This document shows, in pieces, positions 27,953 through 36,182 of a stretch of 54,651 nucleotides of DNA. Under the pieces are notes generated by a model. The model saw only the letters and a list, made by a program, of their open reading frames with translations. It was not told where the DNA came from and did no database searches. This DNA comes from Actinomycetota bacterium (GTDB lineage: Bacteria; Actinomycetota; Acidimicrobiia; Acidimicrobiales; Ilumatobacteraceae). Position 1 is the stretch's first letter; each line of letters begins with the position of its first letter. Location: NCBI GenBank assembly GCA_026393585.1, contig JAPKZV010000113.1:1-54651 (forward strand), written 5' to 3'. A program made the translations under genes and the position numbers.

Positions 27953-28972
27953 TTATGCCGACTTCAAGTCGGCAATCACTTGGCTCCAGCGTTCTGGGTC
28001 GCTCTTGTATGGCGCGTAGAAACTGATGCGCTGAATGACGTCGCTGTAGCGGCGGCCAAGTTCGCTCGCAATGGTTTCTGGCTTGCCCACAACAGCAAAG
28101 GTGTTGAGAATCTCATCATTGATGACATTGCCCATCTCGACCCATTTGCCAGCCTTTGAGAGCGAGTTGAGCTCGTCTTGGAGGCCACCCCATCCGTGAA
28201 TGTCGAGCACGCCGCGGTAGGCGGGTGTTGAACCATAGAAAGCAATTTGCTGGCGCGTTCCGGCTGCAGCTGCTTCAAGCTCTTCGTCGTTGTTTCCGGT
28301 AACAACAAATGATGGGCCAACAATTTCGAAGCCCTCCATTGTTTTGCCAGCTTTTGCGCGACCACGAGCGAGTGCAGGAAGAGTGACTTCACGCAAATAC
28401 TTTTCTGTGGTGAAGCCGTGACAAATAAAACCGTCACACACTTCGCCAGCAACTTCGGTCATGAGTTCGCCCACGCCTGCGAGGAAAATTTTGGGCACTC
28501 CATATGCAGCAATGTCGTCGGGGTTTGGTGTGAAGAATGGCGTCATGAGGGTGTGCGTGTAAAAGTCGCCACGGAATTCCAACTTGGTTCCGTTTTGCCA
28601 GGTGTCCCAAATGGCTCGAATAGCCAACACCATTTCGCGCATGCGTGCTGCGGGGTGGCTCCACTCCATGCTGAAGCGCTTGGTGATGTGCGGTTTGATT
28701 TGGCTACCCAAACCCAAAACGAATCGACCACGTGAGTATGACTGGAGGTCCCAACCAATATTGGCAAGGTTCATGGGGTTGCGCGCAAAGGCAACAGCGA
28801 TGGAAGTGCCAAGCTCCATTTGCGTGGTGTGTTCTGCAGCGAGAAGCAGAGGAAAGAATGGGTCGTGATTTGTTTCTGCTGTCCAGGCACCTGAGTACCC
28901 GGCTGCTTCTGCATCTTTTGCCGACTGCACCGATTGGTGGAGGTCGAGTGCTATTCCGCCATCTACTTTCAT
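27953..28972 (-). CDS. luciferase-like monooxygenase (LLM) family oxidoreductase, probably F420-dependent
   Basis: 339-aa ORF with an LLM TIM-barrel pattern (GYSGAWTAE..HDPF, LGLGSQ, ...). F420 dependence is inferred from the family and the actinobacterial context. Confidence 0.7.
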   Translation of the reverse strand: MKVDGGIALDLHQSVQSAKDAEAAGYSGAWTAETNHDPFFPLLLAAEHTTQMELGTSIAVAFARNPMNLANIGWDLQSYSRGRFVLGLGSQIKPHITKRFSMEWSHPAARMREMVLAIRAIWDTWQNGTKLEFRGDFYTHTLMTPFFTPNPDDIAAYGVPKIFLAGVGELMTEVAGEVCDGFICHGFTTEKYLREVTLPALARGRAKAGKTMEGFEIVGPSFVVTGNNDEELEAAAAGTRQQIAFYGSTPAYRGVLDIHGWGGLQDELNSLSKAGKWVEMGNVINDEILNTFAVVGKPETIASELGRRYSDVIQRISFYAPYKSDPERWSQVIADLKSA

Positions 28973-29020
28973 GATTCCCCATTCGTTTCGTGAATGAGAA
29001 AACTATAGATGACCGTGGAA

Positions 29021-29824
29021 TTAGATGAGTAGCCAACCGCCATCGACGGGCAAGGTGACGCCAGTGATGTAGGCAGCGGCATCGCTTACCAAAAAGAGAG
29101 AAGCATTGCCAATATCGCTCGGGACGCCAGAGTGGCCAAGTGGAATATTGGCCGAGCGAGCCTTGGTGAGGTCGTTCATGAGGCCCGTCTTTTCATGCTT
29201 TTGTGGCCACAGAGCAGGAATCTCGCCGTCTTTCATTTTCCGTAATGTTTCCACCATGATGTGGCCAGGGGCAATGTTGTTCACGCGAATGTTGTGTGGC
29301 GCAAGGTCGACTGCCAGCGAACGCGAGAATTGAATAACGGCAGCTTTGGCGGTGTCGTAGCCGGTTCCCATGCAAGGGAGGAGGCCGTCTACTGAGGAAA
29401 TGTTGACAATGGAGCCACCTTTTCCAGCGTCAATCATGCGACGTGCCGCAGCACGACTCACGAGGTAACACGTGGTGAGGTTGTTGTCCATCGCGCGGCG
29501 CCAGCTGTCGATGCTTTGGTCGAGAATGGGGCCCACATCGAAATAGCTGCCTGCGTTATTGACCACAATGTCGACTTGCTCCATGCCATTGATGAGATCA
29601 AGAACTTCTTTTTCATTCGTGAGGTCAACTTGTACGGCACGACCACCAATTGCTGAAGCAACACGTTGTGCGCCCACTCCATCGCGATCGGCAACGGTGA
29701 CCTTTGCGCCAGCTGCTGCAAATATTTCTGCAATGCCTTCACCAATGCCAGTTGCGGATCCGGTGACTACTGCATGCTTTCCTTCAAGTGAAAGCAGTTG
29801 TGAAATGTCGTTGCATGTGGTCAT
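29021..29824 (-). CDS. short-chain dehydrogenase/reductase (SDR)
   Basis: 267-aa ORF with VVTGSATGIGEGIA (TGxxxGIG), NNAG, and a YDTAKAA catalytic Tyr-x3-Lys. Confidence 0.85.
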   Translation of the reverse strand: MTTCNDISQLLSLEGKHAVVTGSATGIGEGIAEIFAAAGAKVTVADRDGVGAQRVASAIGGRAVQVDLTNEKEVLDLINGMEQVDIVVNNAGSYFDVGPILDQSIDSWRRAMDNNLTTCYLVSRAAARRMIDAGKGGSIVNISSVDGLLPCMGTGYDTAKAAVIQFSRSLAVDLAPHNIRVNNIAPGHIMVETLRKMKDGEIPALWPQKHEKTGLMNDLTKARSANIPLGHSGVPSDIGNASLFLVSDAAAYITGVTLPVDGGWLLI

Positions 29825-29843
29825 TGTTCCCCCAATGAAATGT

Positions 29844-30731
29844 TTAATTGCCTAAATCGTTTTGTTCCCGTAGGAAAGATTCAATTTCGTCTGCAATGGC
29901 ATCGCCAGAGCCAGAAGATTGCGTATCGGCAATGATGTTTCCTGCCGATACTGCTTCGTCAAAAGCAGTTTCTAGTTGTTGCACCATTTGCAAGTGTTCA
30001 GCATTGCCCGACACCAATTTGTCGATCCGTTCGCGTTGCACTACTGCTTCGGCGCGCAGGTCGGCTACGTCGATAGAGAGCCCAGCAACCATTTGTACTG
30101 CGCCCACTAATGCTGCCGATGCAGCGGGGTAGGGCATGGCCGAAACATAATGCGGTACTTGACCCCATAAGCCGAGTGCTTGAATGCCGCGTTCTTGCAT
30201 GGCGTGCTCCAACACCGATTCCATGCCCGCTGGTACATCGGCAGAACTCTTAATGAAAGGAACCTCGGCAAGGGCAACTTCCGATGGTGAGGTGCACGAG
30301 AGTTGTGGTGGCCGGGTGTGTGGCGCGGCAAATGGATATGCGCCAATGCCAAACATTTTCACCACGCCGAGTTTGAGGCAAAGGTCGCCCACTACATCGG
30401 CGAAATATAGCCATGCAGAATCGGGTTCTGGCCCACACAAAATGAGAACATCGCGGTCGTTGTCGTCTTTGCCCGCGTACATTTCGGGAGCCGACCACAC
30501 GAGTTTGTTGTTCTTGCCGTCACGCAATTCCATCATGGGGCGACGCACGCGATAGTCGATGAAACTGTCGGGGTCAAAGGTAACTATGCGTTGTGCATCG
30601 GTTCCTTTTTTAATTGCTTCCATCGCACCAAAAGCGGCTGCAGAAGCGTCAATCCAGCCCGTGAGCATCACAATGAGAACTGGCTCGTGGAGCGTTGGCA
30701 GTTCGCCGTCGATGCGGATAGGTGGTCTCAC
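29844..30731 (-). CDS. PAC2 (proteasome assembly chaperone 2-like) family protein
   Basis: 295-aa ORF. The sequence type (LIVMLTGWIDAS..., GLWGQVPHYV) is as in actinobacterial PAC2-family proteins. This is a memory-based assignment. Confidence 0.6.
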   Translation of the reverse strand: MRPPIRIDGELPTLHEPVLIVMLTGWIDASAAAFGAMEAIKKGTDAQRIVTFDPDSFIDYRVRRPMMELRDGKNNKLVWSAPEMYAGKDDNDRDVLILCGPEPDSAWLYFADVVGDLCLKLGVVKMFGIGAYPFAAPHTRPPQLSCTSPSEVALAEVPFIKSSADVPAGMESVLEHAMQERGIQALGLWGQVPHYVSAMPYPAASAALVGAVQMVAGLSIDVADLRAEAVVQRERIDKLVSGNAEHLQMVQQLETAFDEAVSAGNIIADTQSSGSGDAIADEIESFLREQNDLGN

Positions 30732-31717
30732 TTCAAGGTGTCCAGAATCATTTCCGCATTTGCAGCAGCAGCAAGAACCTGCTGGTTGAACGGTTCGAGT
30801 TCCTCTGCACTGCGCTCGCCTAAAGCGCCACCCAGGTAGCGGGCGTAAACGCCTTCCAAGATGCAGGCAAGTTTCCAGAATGCAAAAGCAACATAGAAGT
30901 CGATGTGGGAAACATCTCGGCCAGAAACCTGTGCGTAACGAGTAGCAAGGTCGGCACGGTTGTAGAAACCTTCAATGGTGGTTGATTGCCCCGCCCATGC
31001 ACTGGGGTCATCGCCAGGGCCGGTCCAATACACCATGAGAAGCCCAAGGTCGGCGAGTGGGTCGCCCAGTGTGCAAATTTCCCAGTCGAGGACGGCAACA
31101 ACGTCGCCGTTGCTGCTCATCATGCAGTTGTCGAGGCGATAGTCGCCGTGCACCAAGGTGGCAGGGCCCTGCGGGGGAATGCGCTTCAGCAACTCATCGT
31201 GCACGCGATCGACTGCAGGAAGTTCGCGGGTCTTTTGCGCATTCCATTGTCCGTACCAACGCTTGAGTTGGCGCTCAATGTAACCCTCGTGCTTGCCAAG
31301 GTCGTTCAGACCAACATCAACAAGGTTGGCGGCGTGAATAGATGCCATGGTGTCGACAAGTGATTCACTGGCACGGCGACGTGCATCGACGGTAAATACT
31401 TTTGCCGCAGTCTCGGGGTCGCGAACAATATGGCCCTCAACGAATTCCATGACGTAAAACGGTGCTTCGGCTACGGCGGGGTCGGTACAAAAACCGAGTG
31501 CGGGAGCAACGGGAACATTGCTCTTGCTGAGTGCGGCAATGATTTTGTATTCACGACCCATGTCGTGGGCGCTTGCGAGCATGTGGCCAAGCGGAGGGCG
31601 GCGCAATACATAACGCTTTCCGTTTGCGTCGGTGACGCCAAAGGTGAGGTTTGAGTGTCCGCCCGCAATCATTTCAAAGGGTTGCGCCGTCGATATTTGC
31701 GGCAAACCAAGCGACAA
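30728..31717 (-). CDS. phosphotransferase (APH/choline-kinase-like) family protein
   Basis: 329-aa ORF with GGHSNLTF, catalytic LVHGDYRLDN, and VLDWE. The TTG start is uncertain. It has a 4-nt overlap with the PAC2 gene. Confidence 0.75.
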   Translation of the reverse strand: MSLGLPQISTAQPFEMIAGGHSNLTFGVTDANGKRYVLRRPPLGHMLASAHDMGREYKIIAALSKSNVPVAPALGFCTDPAVAEAPFYVMEFVEGHIVRDPETAAKVFTVDARRRASESLVDTMASIHAANLVDVGLNDLGKHEGYIERQLKRWYGQWNAQKTRELPAVDRVHDELLKRIPPQGPATLVHGDYRLDNCMMSSNGDVVAVLDWEICTLGDPLADLGLLMVYWTGPGDDPSAWAGQSTTIEGFYNRADLATRYAQVSGRDVSHIDFYVAFAFWKLACILEGVYARYLGGALGERSAEELEPFNQQVLAAAANAEMILDTLK

Positions 31718-31819
31718 TTTCAGGGGTGAGCCCGGTGGGCAATTCAGTAGTCATGCGATATGAAAACTAGTCACTCAGGGCGTGATGCGACGTATGCGGA
31801 TGCCGATAGCGTCATATAT

Positions 31820-32524
31820 ATGGCAATTGACGTCACTGAGGCCACATTTCAAGCCGAAGTGCTCGAGCGCTCGGCCTCCATTCCTGTTGTGGTCGACCTC
31901 TGGTCGCCACGGTCGCCGGCTTGCCCACCCTTTAGCGCCATGGTGGAAAAAGTGGTGGCTGCCACACAAGGCCAGGTGTATTTGGTGCGGGTCAATGTCG
32001 ATGAGAGCCCGCAAATTGCCCAGGCTTTTCAATTGCAGTCGGTGCCTGCTTTATATGCCCTCAAAGACGGCAAAGTTTTTGACGGTTTCATGGGTGCGCA
32101 ACCCGAAGAAGTAGTGCAGAAGTTCATTGAAGTGCTTTTGCCTTCACCCGAGAGCCAAATGATGCGTGGTCTTCTCGATGCAGGCGATGAAGAAAGCTTG
32201 CGTGTTGCGTTATCAATTGAGCCAGGAAACAGCGAAGCAGTAGTTGCAATGGCGCGCATCATGGTGCGTACCGAACGTGCCACCGAGGCTTTGCAGCTGT
32301 TGGCACGAGTTCCTGAAAATGAAGACGTGCGCAAAGTTGCTGCAGCTGCACGCTTGGCGCTCGACCCCGTTGACGATTTCGATACCCAACTTGTTGAGTT
32401 GCTGGCAACCGTGAAGTCCGACGAAGTAGCTCGCCAGAAGTACGTCGATATTTTGGAAACAATGGGCCCCGACGACCCCCGCACTGCGAAATACCGCAAG
32501 CAACTCACCGCAGCACTTTTCTAG
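31820..32524 (+). CDS. thioredoxin-domain plus TPR-like co-chaperone (YbbN/CnoX-like), SxxC active site
   Basis: The ATG at 31820 gives MAIDVTEATFQAEVLERS. The thioredoxin fold has WSPRSPACPPF in place of WCxPC, followed by a helical TPR-like C-terminus. Confidence 0.7.
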   Translation: MAIDVTEATFQAEVLERSASIPVVVDLWSPRSPACPPFSAMVEKVVAATQGQVYLVRVNVDESPQIAQAFQLQSVPALYALKDGKVFDGFMGAQPEEVVQKFIEVLLPSPESQMMRGLLDAGDEESLRVALSIEPGNSEAVVAMARIMVRTERATEALQLLARVPENEDVRKVAAAARLALDPVDDFDTQLVELLATVKSDEVARQKYVDILETMGPDDPRTAKYRKQLTAALF

Positions 32525-32564
32525 GCAGTTGCCACTTTCGGGTGGGTAATGCACACACGGAGGT

Positions 32565-33314
32565 ATGAAATACCTCAAACGTCTCGAAGAAAAGTGTTCC
32601 CATTTCTTGCGGTGGTACGGCCCGGCACGAGCTTTTGCCACAGCAGGTTCGGTCGCCGTGGTGTGCGTGGGCGCATGGTGGTTGCTGCGAGCGCCTGCGC
32701 CACCGTTAGAAAACTCAATTCCTCTGGTGAGTATCGCTAGTGCAAGTGACTCTTCTTCATCGTCCGTTGTTGGTGCAATACCAAGTACGACGCTTGCTGG
32801 TGTAGGTCATGTTGGTGCGCGTGAAGTAGTTGTTCATGTTGCAGGTGCGGTCAACACGCCGGGTGTGTATCGATTGAAATCCACTGCACGAGTCATTGAT
32901 GCAGTAAATGCCGCAGGAGGGGTCACGGCAAGTGCCGACACCGCTGCAGTGAACTTGGCACTTCCTTTACTCGATGCAGAGCAGGTGTATATACCCACTC
33001 GTTCCAGCAAAAAACCTCACACCACTGTTGCTGTGCAAAGAAAATTGCCCACAACACCAAGTTCGCCATCGTCCACAGTTGCCGCGGCGATAGTGGGAGT
33101 AACCGAGTCGTCGGTGAAAAGTGCTCTCGTCAATATCAACACGGCTACCGCTCTTGAATTGGAAGCGTTGCCCAGTGTGGGTCCGTCTACTGCAAAAGCA
33201 ATTGTTTCTTTTCGCACAAAGAACGGGCCATTTGGCAAGGCGGAAGATTTATTGAAAGTGCCAGGAATTGGCGACGGAAAACTTGCAGCAATGAAACCCT
33301 TTGTTGCGTTGTAG
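32565..33314 (+). CDS. comEA: ComEA family DNA-binding competence protein (N-terminal TM helix, SLBB, helix-hairpin-helix)
   Basis: 249-aa ORF with VHVAGAVNTPGVY and INTATALELEALPSVGPSTAKAIVSFR..NGPF...DLLKVPGIG. Confidence 0.85.
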   Translation: MKYLKRLEEKCSHFLRWYGPARAFATAGSVAVVCVGAWWLLRAPAPPLENSIPLVSIASASDSSSSSVVGAIPSTTLAGVGHVGAREVVVHVAGAVNTPGVYRLKSTARVIDAVNAAGGVTASADTAAVNLALPLLDAEQVYIPTRSSKKPHTTVAVQRKLPTTPSSPSSTVAAAIVGVTESSVKSALVNINTATALELEALPSVGPSTAKAIVSFRTKNGPFGKAEDLLKVPGIGDGKLAAMKPFVAL

Positions 33315-33317
33315 AAA

Positions 33318-33764
33318 TTACAAGGCACCCAAAGATTTTGCTGCAATGAGCAAAGCAAAGATCACTCCCAGCACGAGTGCGGCTGCATATAAGCCAAACT
33401 CTTTCGACCAATCGGCCCAGCTAGCAACAGCAAGTTTGCGCACGCGGGCAGCAGAGAGTTGCCCCACCCACCACCAAATAGCAGCGCTTCCCACAATGGC
33501 AATGAGCCAACGCATAGCACCTGTGCGTGCAGGAAGGCCCACCATGGGAAGTAGTGGCACGCCACAGGAAATAGCAATGAAGCCGATGGCGCCAAAAAAT
33601 GCACTGCTCGTGAGAGCGAGTACGGCGGCCCCAAAAAGCGACACCACAGCAGCAATACCTACCGCAGTGAACCCACCGCGTTGGGCGAGGTCGCGCTTAT
33701 GAGCAACAATGCCGTCGGGCACGATGCGTGGGCGCTTCGTGCGTAGTTCTCCTGGCGTGCTCAT
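33318..33764 (-). CDS. hypothetical integral membrane protein (four predicted TM helices)
   Basis: 148-aa ORF with four clean hydrophobic segments separated by basic loops. No family was recognised. The start may be further in than 33764. Confidence 0.5.
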   Translation of the reverse strand: MSTPGELRTKRPRIVPDGIVAHKRDLAQRGGFTAVGIAAVVSLFGAAVLALTSSAFFGAIGFIAISCGVPLLPMVGLPARTGAMRWLIAIVGSAAIWWWVGQLSAARVRKLAVASWADWSKEFGLYAAALVLGVIFALLIAAKSLGAL

Positions 33765-35004
33765 GGGACAATCGTACGAGACCCGCAGTGCTCAATGGTG
33801 GTTTCATCGCGTTTTGCTTGCTGTGCTGGCCTGCAGCGTATTTATGGTGTTTCTCGTACTGCGGTGTCAGGTGGAATGGAAGAAAGTAGAGCACGCTCCA
33901 ATGGGAAGTTTTGCTGGAGTCGCCACCTTGGTAACAGATCCAGTGGTGATGAATGCCACGAGTCGCAGTTCTGCTGTGCGAGCAGTATTCCAACTCGAGG
34001 GTTGGCGATATCAAGTAACGCTGTATGGCGGCAGTGCTCGGCGAGTTGCTCAGCACCTTGTAGGGGAGTCGGTGTATCTCACTGCTGAGCGCAGTGAAGT
34101 GTCGGCAACACAAAAAAAGAGGCGTGCAACACAGCACATTGTTGGACAACTCTCCAATGTAAAAGTGGTATCAACCTGGAGCGATGGTTCTGCTTTCACG
34201 CGCGCAACAAATCGCATTCGTCGCTTGCTCGCTGCTGGTGCTTCAGGTTTGCCGGCCAATGAAGCCGCTCTCTTTTTAGGGTTGGTCATTGGCGATGATC
34301 GCAATCAACCCCGCGAGATGATTGCTGCCTTTCGCGATTCAGGGTTATCGCATCTCACTGCGGTGTCGGGGCAAAACATCGCATTTGTTTTAGCGGCTGC
34401 TGCGCCACTCCTCACTCGTATGCGTCCTCGTGCGCGACTCACTGCCACGCTTTTTGTGTTGGTGTGGTTCACCGTGCTGACGCGTGCTGAGCCGTCGGTG
34501 TTGCGCGCTGCAACAATGGCAGCCGTATCGGTGTTGTGTTTCACTGCGGGCTGGCAGGTGAAATCTTTAGTGGTGCTTGGGCTGTGTGTTGCGGGGCTTG
34601 TTGTTGTTGACCCTATGTTGATTTGGCAAGTGGGCTTTTGGATGTCGTCAGGCGCAACTGCAGGACTCATTGTTCTCACTGCACCTCTGCAGCGCGTGTT
34701 GCAGAGGTGTCGCATGCCAAAGCTTGTTGCACTTCCACTCGCAACAACAGCGGCCGCTCAAATAGGCACGGCTTTACCCATGTATTTGGTCTTTGGGCGC
34801 TTGAGCCCCATTGGTCTCGTCACCAACCTCTTTGCTGTTCCTGTGGCTGGCATCGTGATGTTGGTGGGGCTTCCGGTGTGTCTTCTTGCGGGTCTCGTTG
34901 GTGCCGGGTGGGGTGACGTGGTGATGCTCCCGATGCGTTTCGGGGTGCGCTGGGTGTGGTGGGTGGCGGTCATCGGACAGCGCTGTGCGACACTAGGGGG
35001 GTGA
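33763..35004 (+). CDS. comEC: ComEC/Rec2 family competence channel protein (DUF4131 plus Competence domain, no metallo-beta-lactamase domain)
   Basis: The ORF 33709..35004 contains LFLGLVIGDDR, FRDSGLSHLTAVSGQNIAFV, and polytopic TM segments. I prefer the Met at 33763. Confidence 0.8.
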   Translation: MGQSYETRSAQWWFHRVLLAVLACSVFMVFLVLRCQVEWKKVEHAPMGSFAGVATLVTDPVVMNATSRSSAVRAVFQLEGWRYQVTLYGGSARRVAQHLVGESVYLTAERSEVSATQKKRRATQHIVGQLSNVKVVSTWSDGSAFTRATNRIRRLLAAGASGLPANEAALFLGLVIGDDRNQPREMIAAFRDSGLSHLTAVSGQNIAFVLAAAAPLLTRMRPRARLTATLFVLVWFTVLTRAEPSVLRAATMAAVSVLCFTAGWQVKSLVVLGLCVAGLVVVDPMLIWQVGFWMSSGATAGLIVLTAPLQRVLQRCRMPKLVALPLATTAAAQIGTALPMYLVFGRLSPIGLVTNLFAVPVAGIVMLVGLPVCLLAGLVGAGWGDVVMLPMRFGVRWVWWVAVIGQRCATLGG

Positions 35005-35881
35005 CGATTTATCTCATTACTGGCGACGACGAATCGCTCGTATTGGAAGAGCTCGGCACTCGCGTACACGAGCTCATTGGCGATGGCGATCGGTCGCTCA
35101 TGCTCGACGACTACGACGCAGAAAAATCCACTGTTGAGGAAGTTGAAATAGCAGTGCGGGCAGCAGTTGATGCCGCAAACACATTGGCGCTTTTTACCGA
35201 ACGTCGTGTTGCAAGAAAGCGGGCGGGTCCACCGTTGCAACCGCAGTCTCTCAAAAGCCCAAAGAGCGCGAGTTGTGGTTCCGTGAACAGTTAGAACTTG
35301 CGGGTTTACGTCTCGACCCTCATGCCATTTCGGCAATCAATGAAACCTTAGGAAACGACACGGGTCGCTTCCCGGGCATTATCGACACGTTGCTCTCAAC
35401 TTATGGTGCAGGCAAAAAGCTTTCCTACGACGATGTCGTTATGTTTCTCGGCGAATCGGGCTCCACTGCACCATGGCATCTCACCGATGCAATCGACACG
35501 GGCAATACGGGCGAAGCACTCAAGGTGTTGCATCGTCTCATGCATGCTGGCGAAATGCATCCACTTCAGGTGATGGTGCTGTTGCACAGGCACTTCGAAC
35601 GCTTTGCGCGTTTGGATGGGGCCAACGTGTCGTCGCCAGTCGATGCCATGGCGCTGCTCGGTATTCGCAGTGAGTTCCCCGCGCGCAAGGCAATGCAGCA
35701 AGCCGAGAAGTTGGGGAGCGACGCCATTGCTCAAGGCATCGTGTTGCTCGCCGATGCAGATGTGCAATTACGGGGTCAGCGAGACTGGCCAGAAGAACTG
35801 GTGATGGAAGTATTAGTGGCGCGACTCAGCAGGTTGGCTGGCGGCGCAAGGCGCAACAGGGCTGTTAGCCGGCAGCGTTGA
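35001..35881 (+). pseudogene. holA: DNA polymerase III delta subunit (HolA), frame-disrupted with an apparent internal gap
   Basis: The N-terminal part is in frame 0 (35001..35294: VTIYLITGDDE...LALFTERRV). The rest is in another frame (open from 35171, ORF 35273..35881: KKAGGSTV...ELWFREQLELAGLRLDPHAISAI...). The junction is at about 35208-35214. Confidence 0.7.
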
Positions 35882-36119
35882 TTTTTTTCATGAGGCGACT
35901 CTTGCGACGAGCAGCATTGTTGGGGTGGATGATCCCCTTCGTGGCGGCCTTGTCGAGACGCTTCATTGCCATGCGCACGTCTTCAGCATTTTCTGCTGTG
36001 CCTGCACTGGAGGTAGCCGTCTTCACACGAGTGCGAAGTTCGCTCTTGACCGCCTTATTGCGCTCTTGGCGCTTGGCGTTGGTAAGGATGCGCTTTTTTT
36101 GGCTCTTGATGTTTGCCAT
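35865..36119 (-). CDS. rpsT: 30S ribosomal protein S20
   Basis: MANIKSQKKRILTNAKRQERNKA... starts at the internal Met of ORF 35865..36176. It overlaps the holA 3' end by 17 nt (convergent). Confidence 0.9.
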   Translation of the reverse strand: MANIKSQKKRILTNAKRQERNKAVKSELRTRVKTATSSAGTAENAEDVRMAMKRLDKAATKGIIHPNNAARRKSRLMKKINAAG

Positions 36120-36127
36120 GGTCGCAA

Positions 36128-36171
36128 AGACTAACAGCGTGATGCCCAGTACCCAACCGCGACAGTAGAAT
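36128..36171. promoter_or_regulatory. candidate back-to-back promoters for rpsT (minus) and lepA (plus)
   Basis: Minus strand: TTGGGT (36156-36151), 17-nt spacer, TAGTCT (36133-36128), then 8 nt to the rpsT ATG with no SD. Plus strand: TAGAAT (36166-36171), 11 nt before the lepA ATG. These are pattern matches only. Confidence 0.3.
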
Positions 36172-36182
36172 TCCATTAACTC

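Noticed and set aside
31802-31809. GCCGATAG resembling the sigma-28/WhiG -10 element (GCCGATAA) upstream of the YbbN-like gene
   Set aside because: No TAAA-type -35 lies at the required ~15-nt spacing (the sequence there is TGAT). A similar GCCGATAA inside hemW (about 44538) shows the motif occurs by chance.
33301-33702. 133-aa plus-strand ORF between comEA and comEC as a possible comEC N-terminus
   Set aside because: It is Ala/Ser/Thr/Pro-rich without hydrophobic helices and is out of frame with comEC. The opposite strand encodes a far more protein-like 4-TM product.
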